A stretch of 64,000 nucleotides of DNA, taken from contig NC_043012.1 in the NCBI RefSeq assembly GCF_006345805.1, forward strand, positions 40,734,001-40,798,000. The letters run 5' to 3'. Both the position numbers and the translations under genes were made by a program. Positions 1-12,380 of the stretch are shown here, piece after piece. Numbering within the stretch: position 1 is the first letter of the stretch; each line of letters begins with the position of its first letter. The notes beneath the pieces were generated by a model that saw only the letters and a program-made list of their open reading frames with translations, searched no databases and was not told the origin of the DNA. The stretch is from Octopus sinensis (Eukaryota).

Positions 1-19
1 CATGAACTGCGTTTTCAAA

Positions 20-336
20 GTGTGTCACGAGACCAGACATGTTTTTTTCTTTATGGCAGATTGAAACATAAGGGAGGAATGCATACACCAGTCGATTTCT
101 CCCAGGACCCACAATATTTAGTGACCTGTGGAGGGCATATTCACATATTCCAGAGATAGAGGGATACAATTTTGGACAGACCGGTGAACCACAGCGTCAA
201 GTTTGGTAACTCCATAGATAACACACATACCCAACAAATAGAAAGTACTTGGGTGTGTTTGAAACAGGCTAACAAGCAACTGTGGGGTACACACCGTTCT
301 ATGATTGACTCGTATCCTTGCAAATTCATGTGCTAG
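20..336 (+). mobile_element. Merlin/ISXO2 (IS1595-like) DDE transposase C-terminal fragment, frameshifted
   Basis: Manual translation gives RFLPGPTIFSDLWRAYSHI..GY / VNHSVKF..NTHTQQIESTWVCLK..WGTHRSMIDSYPCKFMC*, matching the ISXO2 motifs SDxWxAY, VNHS, HTQxIExxW. Not in the ORF track on this strand. Confidence 0.8.
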
Positions 337-698
337 TACTTCGAGGACAACCTAATACAGGCAAAAGTATGATCGCTCGTAGTATTGCTGACATGTTCAC
401 ACATGTCAGTACTATTCAGGGAACAAGTAGCTTCCCATTTCAAAATTTAATTAACGTCGAAATCGGATCAATAGAAGAACCGAATTTTAAATTAGAAACT
501 CTACAAACTCTTAAGAAACTGGCAGAGGATCAGATAATACATCGCACACCACTTAGTATCACATCGAATAATATATTTGATCAAAACGCTCCTCCTGCCG
601 AAAGATATGCTTTCATAACACGTTATACAGAATACGTTTTTAATGCAGCCGCTCCTTTCTTAAAACACATAAAAAAGAAAATTAATCCATTTGTATGA
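318..698 (+). mobile_element. Endogenous parvoviral element: NS1 SF3 helicase fragment
   Basis: Walker A GQPNTGKS, FPFQ, Walker B IEEP and motif C region RTPLSITSNN in parvoviral order; the segment normally between KKL and the motif C region appears deleted. Confidence 0.85.
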
Positions 699-1046
699 AA
701 TATTTTAGGAGTATGACCGACTCAGAAATGAAAAAAGAAGGCGAAACAGACTTCGGTCTCCGTCTCCTTGTGGAGGCGGGGAAACTGATGGAAGCGGAGA
801 CAGAAAAAAATCCACAACTCCGACGACTCAGACAAAGAAAACGACATCACATGGGAAACACCAAAGTGGCATAAATATAGTAAAGTAATGGAGTCGCAAT
901 CCGAAGCGCCATCTGCTGAGCCGTTAAAAAAAATTTTAATTTTCCCTTGATTATATAAATAGTAATATCGAGGGGAAGTAACAGGAATAAAAGCAAGCAT
1001 TCAGGTAGGACTCCACAATGAGAGGTCTTATCGGAATGCTCTCCCC

Positions 1047-1965
1047 GTGCCTCTTGCAGCATCTAAAAACACTGAGAAGACCGCGGATTCTGCTACCCAT
1101 GAAGTTATTGCCATTGGGCTACCAGAAGACATGGCTGATCTTCAGGCATTTGCTGCCAACTCAGCCAAAGACCTAGGCTGCGTTCCCCCAACGGGTGCTC
1201 TCCGCCTTGGACGACCTGGCCCAAAACCCAGGCTCATCAAGCTGTCTTTTTCAGACCACGCTGAGGCAACCTCATACCATCTGGCCTCAGTTAAAGCTGG
1301 GCGTGAAAATCGAACTACCTTCCGAACACGTCCAGGCTTACCACCCGATGTACGTCCGAAGCTACGTGTAGCGACTTCCCTGAACCGGAACTCAGCTCTG
1401 CAAGAAAGTTTCAGTCTTCGTGAGGATGGACAAACCTGGAGATTTGTTAAGACTGGTGAAACGTGGAAGAGAGATACCAGCTGGTCTGAGTGCTCTCTAC
1501 CCACAATAACTGAAAATGGAAAAAAAACTACAGCAACTCTGGGAAACTAAACCAGAAAAACCTGCCATCCTCTACACACCATCATAAACTGCAAGCAGGG
1601 TACAAATTGTTGTCCTTAAATGCTCGCAGTTTATGCAACAAAATATATCTGTTCAACTCCTACGTCAGAAGTATTGACCCTGACTTCATCACATTCACGG
1701 AAACATGGGCACATTCCTTACTCTGTGATGGGGTTGTCAACATTACTGGCTACAACCTTTTCCGCAAGGATCGCATTAACCGCCGTGGTGGTGGTGTGAT
1801 GGTCTACGTTTGTTCAAATTTTTCGGTAATTCCTTGACCTGATTTGAACGAATCACAAGAAGTTTTTTTCTGTGACATACGTATGACCATGTCAACACTC
1901 CTGCTTGGCATTGTTTATCGTCCCCCAAATTACCATCAAAACACACAGCTTTGCGATATCCTCCG
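1047..1965 (+). mobile_element. CR1/L2-like LINE fragment: ORF1 C-terminus plus ORF2 APE endonuclease N-terminus
   Basis: 1047-1550 has the ORF1-like RLGRPGPKPRLIKLSF; 1607 onward gives LNARSLCNK, ITFTETW, GYNLFRKDR..RGGGVMVYV, and after a frameshift GIVYRPP. Confidence 0.85.
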
Positions 1966-2600
1966 AGCTGCTGCCAGGAAAACAGCCACTTGTTAACTTT
2001 CGCACATTCACTCAAGATAGCGGAGAATATAAATATGGATGAAGTACCTTTGACATTTGACCTGCCTCTCACTTGGACAGTTAATAAAAAGGTCACTCGT
2101 CCCTCACACTGAAAACAAGTGGCCATGAGAGAACGCATTTTACCTGTGTTCTGAGCTGCACAGCATCTGGACTAAAGATTCCACCGATGGGGACCTTTAA
2201 GCGGCTGACAATGCCAAAGGAAAAATTCCCAAAAGAAATCGTGGTGAAAGTCAATAAGAAAGGTTGGATGATGGAGAGCCTAATAACGATTGGCTGAGAG
2301 AGTGCCACGCCAAGCGACCTGGGGGGAGTTTTTCACACAAAAACAAGCATTGCTCGTTATGGACAGCATGAGGGCACATATAACAGATTCAGTGAAAGCT
2401 GCCATCAAGAGTACCAACTCAATTCCAGCTGTGATTCCTGGGGGCACCACTAAGTATTCGGAGCCACTGGACATCAGCGTGGACCGGGCATTTAAAGTGG
2501 CTCTGCACCCTGAGTGAGAGCGACAACGAAGAGGCTGAAGTGAGTGACGAGATTCGGACACTGAAGAAGAGGACTTTGATGGTTTCAGTGCACTGGAAGA
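1965..2600 (+). mobile_element. pogo/Tigger-type DDE transposase fragment
   Basis: NMDEVPLTFDLP, KTSGHERTHFTCVLSC, VNKKGWM, LLVMDSMRAH, IPGGTTKYSEPLDISV across frameshifts. Confidence 0.85.
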
Positions 2601-2659
2601 AGATGAAGAAGGTGATCAATGACTTTTGACCTGGTAGGCTGCAGTATGTGTGTGTGTGT

Positions 2660-4020
2660 ATATGAAGAAATAACCGGCACCACATTTAAATCTAGGAAAT
2701 CTCCTCCACCAAATAAACATCTCGATAACTTTGAACAGGAATTATGGGAGACTATCAAAAACATCAAATTTAAAAATCACCCATTGAGGTATAATAAGAA
2801 CTCTTAAGGGTAAGAATGGCATTCTAACCCATTCTGATAAAACCAGTAACATTTACAATATTGACATCTTTACATACACAAAGAAATTACAAAAAAATAT
2901 AAAATTGTACCTTTTAACACACTTAGGAAACTAAACCTTGAGATTAGAGAAATAATGTTGGACTATTACCTGGAAGAAAAAACTGAACCTTATACTCCCA
3001 CTAGACCGAGAATCACACTCAAGGACCATAAGGAAAACTTTCTTGGTAACACGCAGGTCAGATTGATTTGCCCTACCAAATCTGACTTAGGTAAACTGAG
3101 TAAACTTATTCTTGACAAATATTTACCAACTATATGTAACAAAATTAAACTTAGCCTTTGGAAAAATACACAAGGTGCATTAGATTGGTTTTCTGCCATT
3201 AAGGTTAGTGATAATAATAGAAGTAAATTCATCCAATTTGATATACAAAATTACTACTCCTCCATAAACCCTATTATATTAAATAAGGGTTTAATTTTTG
3301 CTAGGAGACACACCAAATTAAGTATGGGGGAGATTAGGGTTATTTTAACAGCTAGAAAAACATTAATAGAGTTTGATGATAAACTTTGGGCTAGAAAAGA
3401 CACACCCAATTTATTCGACATCACCATGGGATCGCCGGATTCAGCGGAAGTGACTGAGTGACTGATTTGGTTGGGATGTATTTACTCGATAACCTTAGTA
3501 GGGAATTCCCTGAATTAAAAGGAGGACTATATAGGGATGACGCTTTATTTTTGGTAAATAATACATCAAATAGGAGACTGGATCTACTGAAAAAAAGACT
3601 ACATAAATTTTTTAAAAGTTTTGGCCTATCCATAATTATTGAAAATGAAAATTATTCTGCCAATTATTTGGATGTCAATTGCAACCTTACTAATGGGATA
3701 CATGAACCTTATATTAAACCCAATTCTAACTTAGTTTATATAAACCGTTCTAGCAATCACCCCCCTCAAATTAGAAGGTCACTAGTGCGTAGCATTAGTC
3801 AGAGAATCTCTTATCTATCCTCAAACGGAGACATTTTTAATAAGCATTGTGATAGAAATAATACAGCATTGCTGAAAGCAGGCTACAAAAGTAAAATATG
3901 GTATATACCCAAGGGGAATCCTTCAAATACAGGTGGAACTATTTAGAACAACACCAATAGATTTAGGACAAACAATAACTGTAGGATTAGGAAAAATAGG
4001 ATATATATATATATAGGAAA
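2660..4020 (+). mobile_element. Penelope-like element copy 1, RT region, degraded and truncated
   Basis: DKTSNIY, ITLKDHKENF..VRLICPTKSDLG, FIQFDIQNYYSSI, FDITMGSPDSAEVTDLVG, GGLYRDDAL, NRSSNHPP; frameshifts. Confidence 0.9.
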
Positions 4021-4074
4021 AAAGCTTTAATAGCAGTAACTGATTAAATTCTACCTCCTTCCTCCTCTCTCTGT

Positions 4075-4530
4075 GATTCTTGTAAAAATCATTAACAACC
4101 TGCACCTCTACAATATAAGACTGTCATTTTGCTTCTCATTCGGATTCCCTGATATTTTCGCATGATTGTACCCTAAATCTCTTCACAAAACTGGATTATG
4201 AACTATAAGGACATGCACATATTCTGTAAATTCAAGACTTTTCATCGGATCTCCAAGAATCGAACTTATCTGCGATTCTTGTAAATTTCAATAACAATCT
4301 GTTCCTCTACACGATATGACAGGCACTTTGCTTTTACTCAGACTTTCCTCTACATGATGTGGCAGTCACTTTGCCTCTTACTCGGATTTTCAGAAATTTT
4401 GCATGACTGTATCCGAAAATTTCTTCACACAACTTGATTAAAAATTCAATATGAGCTATATGTAGACATGCACAAATTCTGTAAGTTTAAAACCTTTCAT
4501 CGGATCTCCATGAATCGAACTTTCTTCAAT
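4075..4530. repeat. Diverged tandem duplication, unit about 200-250 bp
   Basis: gacatgcaca.attctgtaa.tt.aa.ac.tttcatcggatctcca.gaatcgaactt and gattcttgtaaa..ca.taacaa.ctg..cctctaca each occur twice. Confidence 0.6.
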
Positions 4531-4594
4531 GCAGTTAATCTTACAACTTCTTTTGTATCTACCCCTTTTGATGTTTGGGAATTCTCTGATGTTT

Positions 4595-4682
4595 TTTCGG
4601 CTGACGAGTACGAGCCATCTGTATTCACTGCATTTTTTGTAGCTTATTAAAGATGTCCTCGTACGAAACGATCGTACCGAGA
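4595..4682 (+). ncRNA. Type I hammerhead ribozyme upstream of PLE copy 2
   Basis: Stem I TCGG/CCGA, core CTGACGA 4601-4607, stem II GTACGAG/CTCGTAC (extendable by CATCT/AGATG), GAAA 4665-4668, palindromic stem III ACGATCGT, GUA triplet 4674-4676. Confidence 0.9.
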
Positions 4683-4869
4683 TTTTAATCCATTCTTGTT
4701 GCTTTTTTCCTATTTGTAATCACCCCACTTATCGTATGGTTAACACCATATAGATTTCCGGTGCATCCTAGTTAAGGACCATATTCATGTGAATTCTTTA
4801 GAATCCACTTGAATCTCAATTACTTAACCGAATATATATATATATATATATGTATGTATATATGAATAA

Positions 4870-7215
4870 ATGGAGTTGTTCAATATCAACGCCCCTCTTA
4901 AGGATATTCCTATTCCAACAAAGAAAGCTTTCCTTAAACAACTTGTCAATAAGACTAATGCATTTACCATCCGCATCAGATGGCTCACCTTCTTCCACGA
5001 CAATAAGGACTTACAACAGACCAGTAATGACATCTCTAATGAATATAAAAAAGTTATTTAAATCGAAGGGTACCCCTCCATCTAACCCTAGATTGAAGCA
5101 ATTCGAGGATGATCTTTGGACCATCGTAAAGAATATAAAATTTCATCGGTCACCCTTCAGGAATAAGCACATTAGATATCTTAATAACGTCTCTAGAGAT
5201 ATCAATAACTTAGATTACGTCCTTGTTCAATCGGATAAAACCAGTAACATCTATAAGCTTACCAAAAGCCATTATTTGGAACTGCTCGAAAAGGAGATCC
5301 ATAAAAATTACAAGACCACCAGTAGGAATACTCTCAGGCAGGCCAACCTAGAAGCTAAACAGATTATGGAAACTTACGGATTACAAATGAAGACAGAACC
5401 ATTGAACCCCAGACAAGCCAGGTTCATTTTAAAAGACCACAAGCAGAACTTCCATACTAACCCAGTATTACAACTTATATGCCCTTCCAGCTCAGACATT
5501 GGTACTCTTAGTAAATATATATTAGATAAATTTCCACCCAAGAAATTTTTCCCCTACCTTTATAGATAATACCACTTACAATTTAAAAGTCACTAGGAAA
5601 AGTATCTGGTTCGTAATTCCATTTGGAAAACAAATTAAATCGAACCTTCCATTGCAGTTCCGCAAAGCGGTTACTAGGAACTTTCCAAATAAGGCCAACA
5701 CTAAATTTATTCAGTTTGATATATCTAGCTTCTATTCATCAATCAACCCTATTATACTTAATAAGGCACTCTGACATACACACAATAAAGTAGGTCTCTC
5801 TAGGGAAGAAATTAATGTGGTACTGGCTGCTAGGAAATCATTCATCAAGTTCAATAAGTTGTGGGTCCGGAAGAATACTCCAAATACGTTTGATGTATTA
5901 ATGGGAAGTAGAGATAGCGCTCCGATAGCCGATTTGGTCGGAATATATCTTCTTTCTGAAATGGCCGACCAGTTCCCAGACATCAGTGGAGGTCTTTATC
6001 ACGACGATTGTCTGCTTTACCTCCAAAACATTTCAAATCAAAAAATACAGAAGACTAAGAATAGATTAGGTTTTTTTAGTAGCATGGGCTTTCACATCAT
6101 TTTTGACGATGAGTTAACTAAAGCCAGCTTCTCAATTTACAAAACAACCCGTACTTTCCATACCATAAACCTTCCACAAATCTCAAATATATTAGTCTTT
6201 ACAGTAATCATGCTAGGGCAATTACTAATAATTTATTTAAAAACATTTCACTTAGATTATCTAAATTATCTGCCAATGTTGACATTTTTAACAAAAAGGC
6301 AGACTTCCATAACGCCGCCTTGATAAAAGCTGGTTATAAAGAGAAAGTGTCATACACTGATTCTACTCAATCTAGTCCTATATCTACTTGTAATAGTAAG
6401 AGTGATTTTAATTCTAATAGTGTAAGCAGCGCAATACACAATATAAATTCTTAACCTCAAATTTCCACCCAAGAAACTTTTCCCCTACCTTTATAGATAA
6501 TACCACTTAAAGTCACTAGGAAAAGTATCTGGTTCGTAATTCCATTTGGAAAACAAATCAAATCGAACCTTCCATTGCAGTTCCGCGAAGCGGTTGCTAG
6601 GAACTTTCCAAAAAATTCTATAGAGTCGCTTTCTCCAACACTAAGAATCTCTCACAATACCAATCTGCTAAATAAAGGTTCTTTATCTGGGAGTTACATT
6701 AATCTCGTTAATTCCAACCCCTTATATAATAAGAATAATGACGGTATTATTATTAATAATAATATTAATTGTATTAACAATAATAATAATCACAGCAATA
6801 AAAACTTGGTTCGATCTCTGAGGACAACCCCAACAGAATTAAATTTTTGTCTAATAATTCAAAGATCAAGAATTCTATATACCAGTGTAAAATTTCTTTC
6901 GGTACCGATGTCTACTTCCCAGTTATCCAAAAGAATTTCAAACCATTATTCATCGTTTAGGGATAGCAAAAAACGCCATAATACAGGGCTAAGTAAATCG
7001 GTTTGGCATCTTAAAGACAACAATAAAGATTTTAAGTTAGATTGGTTCATACTGTCCGTATCCTTTCCTTTCGATAAGGGCAAGAGATTTTGTAACATTT
7101 GCAACTCTGAACTCTTCCATATTCTCTTCTCTTAGAATCAACTTGTTAACACACTTCTAGAGCAATCGTACAAATGTAAACACTGACAGAAACATACCTT
7201 TAACTCATATAAGTG
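4870..7215 (+). mobile_element. Penelope-like element copy 2 (RT plus GIY-YIG endonuclease), frameshifted and internally rearranged
   Basis: Starts MELFNINAPLKDIP at 4870; SDKTSNIY, LKDHK, FDVLMGSRDSAPIADLVG, GGLYHDDCL; C-terminal KRISNHYSSFRD..TGLSK..CNICNSELFHILF. Confidence 0.9.
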
Positions 7216-7281
7216 ATTTCGCCGGTCTTTATAGTTTGAACAGTTAGTTTAACTTGCACTTTACTTGAATAGAGAAGTACA

Positions 7282-7490
7282 ATGACACAGTTTTTAAAAT
7301 TGACTCAGTATTTACATACAAGAGACACAAGCAGTACACTAGTACATGGAGAACCCTTATTTACAATAAAACCCTTCATTGACTGTTCAAAACATAAAAC
7401 ATTGTATGAACCAGGGAGATATTTATCTATTGATGAGGGCACGGTGGGCTATAAAGGCAGAGTGCGTTTTCGACAGTTGCTTTGCGGGAG
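7282..7490 (+). mobile_element. piggyBac transposase fragment
   Basis: FLKLTQYLH..FTIKPFID..YEPGRYLSIDEGTVGYKGRVRFRQ, typical SIDExMVxFKGR motif. Confidence 0.85.
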
Positions 7491-7799
7491 CAACTGCTTT
7501 GACGAAGACGCATCCTTTTGTAATGCTCGCAATGCAGAGTAGATAAAACAAACGACAACTGAGTCTTTACCAACTGAACCGTCACCATGTAGTGGATTTT
7601 ACCTGATTACTGGATTTTACCTGAAGAAACGGACCCTGAGGAAGGAAATGTTTTCTACGCTAAACTGAGCTAAAGGTTTTTATACAGTGAGTTAAATTCG
7701 GACTATTTAACACAACACAACACGTGGTATACAGGGTTGAATGAGGCCAGGGAGCGAGGGATAGTCACCCCAACTCTGATCAGATCGTCGTAGGGTTGA

Positions 7800-8540
7800 C
7801 TGTGGCTAACATGGAGTTGTTCCTGCATTTGTGAATTGCCCAACATGCAATGCCCCCTGCGTTGTTCGAAATGGAACTCATATGTTTCCATGTAGGATGA
7901 TGGTTCGGTGTCGGAGACAAAGGGAAACAGAATGCAGGTTTTCAGTGTCTATCTTCAAGAACACCTTTTTGGAGCGAAGCCGTTTACACCCATGGAAAGT
8001 TCTTTTGTTCATCAATCATTTCCTAACAGAAGATTGGTCACATAAATTTGTTATGGAAAATTTAGATATAACGCTTGCCACATCTGTTGATTGGCAATCT
8101 TTCTGCTTTGAAGTTTGCCTTCATTGGGTTGAAAATTGCCAAGCACAAATTGGAGGCCAGGGATCGCAGAGGAAATTTGTGAGACAGTTTTAGTTCGAAG
8201 AAAATACAACCGAGGTAGGCTTGTAAAGACTATTTGGCTTTTCGGGGGTATCGAACGGGAAGCGAAAAGGAAATTTTTGATATCTCTGTCATCAGAGTGT
8301 GGGGAAGGGGAAAGACGCAATGCTTCAACTCTTATCCCGTTAATCAGATGCTACACCCGTCAAGGTTCCATTATTTACTGTGACTGTTGGGGTGCTTATA
8401 GTTCTCTTCAAAATTCAGGTTATACAAATTAACCATAGTCAGAACTTTGTCGATCCGGCAAACGCATTAATTCACACACAGACCATCGAACAATTGTGGG
8501 GGACCCTCAAGAGAACTGTTTTACGGCCTGGAATTAAATA
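7800..8540 (+). mobile_element. Merlin/ISXO2 transposase, nearly complete but frameshifted
   Basis: N-terminal CPTC..C Zn ribbon, SIFKNTFLERSRL, IGG(P)G, RRKYNRGRLVKTIWLFGGIER, IYCDCWGAY, INHSQNFVDP..HTQTIEQLW. Confidence 0.9.
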
Positions 8541-9400
8541 GTGTTCCATGAAGCAATGGGAAAAGCAATTGACACAGGTTAAAAGATAAGAGAACCCGCG
8601 ACTCACAGGCCATAGTCCAACCAGATCAATGCGGACGTGTCGAAAATGGGCCTTCATAAGAGGAAAGTGTCCAAGTGGGGCACGAATGTGCCGCTGAATC
8701 ATGGAACGTTGGCACTTGGAGCAAGTGCGTGTCCAAGAGGTAATAATGTGACATATTCGGCCAAAAAAAACGAGCAGTGATAAGTCTAAGGGTAGCAGCG
8801 ATGCCAGGATGTGATAAGGAGTGCAGTGGAAGTATCACAAAGAATGGTACCTTCAGCTGACGGAAGCGGAAGATAGGCAAACTGGCAACAGGAGAACTTA
8901 GGCAAAATTAAGTCTAACGTCGCCAAAGGTGGTTGCTCCTGCGAAATGGCAGTTAAGTCATCGCAGCAGGAGACGAAAGAGAACAGACTGGAAGGCAAGA
9001 AAGAGCATCAGCCGGAACGTTCTCTTTCCCAGGTATATGATGAATGTCACTGGTAAATTGTGAAATAAATTCCAAGTGACGGAAAGCACAAGGCGAGAGT
9101 TTGTCCGTTTTAGATGACAGGGCAAACGTAAGAGGCTTACGACCAGTATAGATCACAAAATCTTGACCTTCGAGTTGATGCTGGAAATGACGAACCGATA
9201 GAAAGACCACTAGGAGCTCATGATCGTAAGTGCTGTATCGTCGCTCAGCTGGTTGCAGTTGGCAAGAAAAGAAAGCCAGAGGTCAAGTACAATCATCCAC
9301 TGTGTGTTGCAGCAGGTGCTTATACCTATTTCTTACATCTGTAGGAGTTAGCACTTCCTTCTCTAAGCTTGGATTCGAAATCGAATCCAAGAATCATCGG
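8540..9400 (-). mobile_element. Ty3/Gypsy pol fragment (RNase H plus integrase N-terminus)
   Basis: PLAFFS..AERRYSTYDHELL, VRHFQHQLEGQDFVIYT..KPL, HIPGKENVPADALS, HSLSHPGI, CSKCQR, FRHVRIDLVG. Confidence 0.9.
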
Positions 9401-10499
9401 TCGTCAAATACCAATGCATGTATAGGCGCAAAATTTAAAGATCCTTTGTTCTGTCAAAAAGTGATTGACATCTCCCTTTGACCTGCGACCTCAGCCATGT
9501 CAGGCGAAGTTCAACTGGACACACGTTGACCTACTTAGTATGTCTATCTGTTGCAATATGTCTATCTTTCTAGCTGTTTGAAATATTATCAATACAAGGG
9601 AAAAACAGACAATCGGAGCTGACACACCAGCAGACACCCCGCGTTTTGGAGACGACAGAGAAAATGCCTACAGGCTACTGTTTCGAATGATTCACGCACA
9701 CACCCACACAAACATATTCATCTTTATTATGTGCTCTATACAAGCAATGCGTAGCATTTGCTTACAATTGTATGTAGTGTATTTATAATCCATGTAAATA
9801 AATCCCTTTTTAATCATGAAACAATTTATGTATTTATTAATACACACACACATCCACTACACATCCTTCACCAGCCATCTACAGTATGTTATAACCAAAG
9901 CAGAGCAACTTCCAATCAGAGATGCTACATATATAGGAAAAACCAAACAAAATATGAGGAACTCTTCAACAGACAACACAGAAACTGTCACTCCAAAAGA
10001 TTCCGTTGCCCAGCCATTTACTATAAGACTGTTTTAATTACAATACCAAAATGACTTTTGGCAAGATTAATGAGTTTACATTCGGGTGTTTTATTGAAAG
10101 TTGGCTTGTGGTCCTTCAGTGTAAAGTAAGTTGCCGGTTTGCCTGTACCAGCATCACAACTTATTCACTCACCAAAACTTAAAAATTTCAAAACATGTCA
10201 ATCGCTAATCTAACACAAATTTCAGCTGACCTAATCATAAGTTTTCCAGGTTTCTCCAATCTGTCACTGATGTTAGGTGGCGCTACTTGCTGATACTTAT
10301 ATGGTCAACAGTACTTACAAGGTAGACTATTTTTCTTTTTATTTGTTTTGTTCTATTTATTATTATAACCTGTTTGCTTTTAGCTTCAGCCATGGTTCCA
10401 ATGAATAAAGAAAATACTATTCCTGCTAAATACAAACACCAGATATTGTTCAAGACAAAATTGAATTTTTGAAAAAAAAAAACCCACTCAAAAACTCGA

Positions 10500-11100
10500 C
10501 AGTAATGCATCTGTAAAAAGTCTACGAGAATTATACAGCACTGGATCTTTCACGATTTATGAGAAAAAGAAATATGAAACCTGACCTCAGAAAAAGGAAG
10601 ACATCTCAAGAAGTACAATAGATCATAAATCACTTGCAACTAAAGAGTAAGGTAATATAAAATACTTAGTGATAGCTTTTACCAACCCTGTCTGTTGGTA
10701 AAAATTTTGGACAAATATTTTCGTAGTTAGGAAGAGCAGATTCTTATTGCCAAAGTCTCTCCACTGTGTTGTTTTGTTTTTAAGACACCATCAACACTGA
10801 GAGGTATTGCTCAAATATTGTCCATCCATTTGTAGGCCAACTCACTGAAAGTGAAATTAATAAATGCATACTTTCAGCAAGATGGAGCTACAGCCCATAC
10901 TTCGCGCATCACCATGGCACTACTTCAAGAATTTTTCAGTGAACAGATTATTTCGAAGGGACTTTGGCCACCAAGATCATCTAAATTTAACAGACTTTTT
11001 AATTTTTTTTCTTTTCTGGGGAGCAAGTAAAGGATCAGTGCACAAGAATTGCCCAAAAGCCATTAATAATATATTTATTACAATACTGACATAAAAGCTT
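10500..11100 (+). mobile_element. Tc1/mariner (maT/rosa-like) transposase remnant
   Basis: Frame not in ORF track: FQQDGATAHTSRITMALLQEFFSEQIISKGLWPPRSS..FFLFWG. Confidence 0.8.
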
Positions 11101-11525
11101 TCTTTTAAATTCATTTGGAATTAACCTCTGTGTCTAATTTTTAACCAAAGAGTTCAAAGATGTGGGCACCCAAACAAGCACAATGATTCAAAATGAATAG
11201 AGTGTGATAGTAGTAGGAGTGGCCTCATGCCTCCTATTGTTTCAGGCAGAGGGGCTCTAAGGTGCCCTTACAAAGATTGAATTTGGGCTTTCTACCATGC
11301 AAAACACCTAACACCCTTAGCCTGACAGTTCTCTTTACAAGGAAACGGTTTCAATACAATGAATTGCCACCTGTGGTAAGGTATGAAGATTTAATAAACT
11401 ATTCAGTATAAACACGATACATATTGGACACAAATCATTGATCGTAAAAAACAGTAAAATGGGACTTTCTATTTTGAGGGGGTAGAAAGCCATTTCATTA
11501 TCATAATTTTTTACACATCATAGTT

Positions 11526-12380
11526 CAGTGGTTCCCAAACTATGAGTCGCGACCGACAGATGGGTCGCGAACGGAATCTTAGTGGGCCGCAAAAAGTTAT
11601 AAAATTACGCATTAGCTTTGATTAACGGTCTATCGAGATAGTTCAAGACTCATGTTTTCAATACCAGACTTGTTGTTTTATCAAGCAGTAGGCTTTTTCA
11701 CGAACTTAACAAATCAGAGGTTGTCATTTTCTCAAGTTATTTATTTGTACGTAATCGTAAAAAGGAAAGGTCTGTTTTTACCTATTTACAGAGAACTTTA
11801 ACTAGGCGAAGTATAACACTGATTGAGCCGATAACAGTTACTACTTCAAGGTTTTGCATTAGTGTTAGTATTTACACATACACAGGGTATAGAGACGTTG
11901 AAACAGTTATAGAACGTTTTGTTTCACATTTAATATAAATAGTAAAAACATTAAATAAATAAGACATTATGGATTTCCCTAGTAAGTTAATAAATTATTT
12001 AAAAAGGTATAATAGTGATCACCAGGAGGCTATCAATTAACCAATGAAATGATTGGAATAGATAGCAGCTAGACAGTAGATACATCAATAGAGTCTATCA
12101 GATAAACGGTTTAAATAGCATCACATCGATTGAAAGGACGTTTATCATTAATTGTAGAAGTTCGTATGACCCCAAACATATTTTCATTCTGTCAAATCTC
12201 TTGGTAAGTCGAAATTATCTGTCCTTCTAAATTCGATTTTTTCGTATTTACTCAGTTCTTCATTTTATGGATAAATGGTTAAAAAAAGGCAGTTGAAGCT
12301 GATGACGATGAGTCTTCAGTGGATCGAAACGAAGAAAAGACCAATCAATCAAAACTAAGCCAGTCAAACCGTGTTCTTTC
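11526..12380 (+). mobile_element. hAT (Charlie/Buster-like) element 5' end, cut off by PLE copy 3
   Basis: Terminus CAGTGGTTCCCAAACT..GGGTCGCG typical of hAT TIR/subterminal motif; MDKWLKK start at 12267. Confidence 0.65.
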
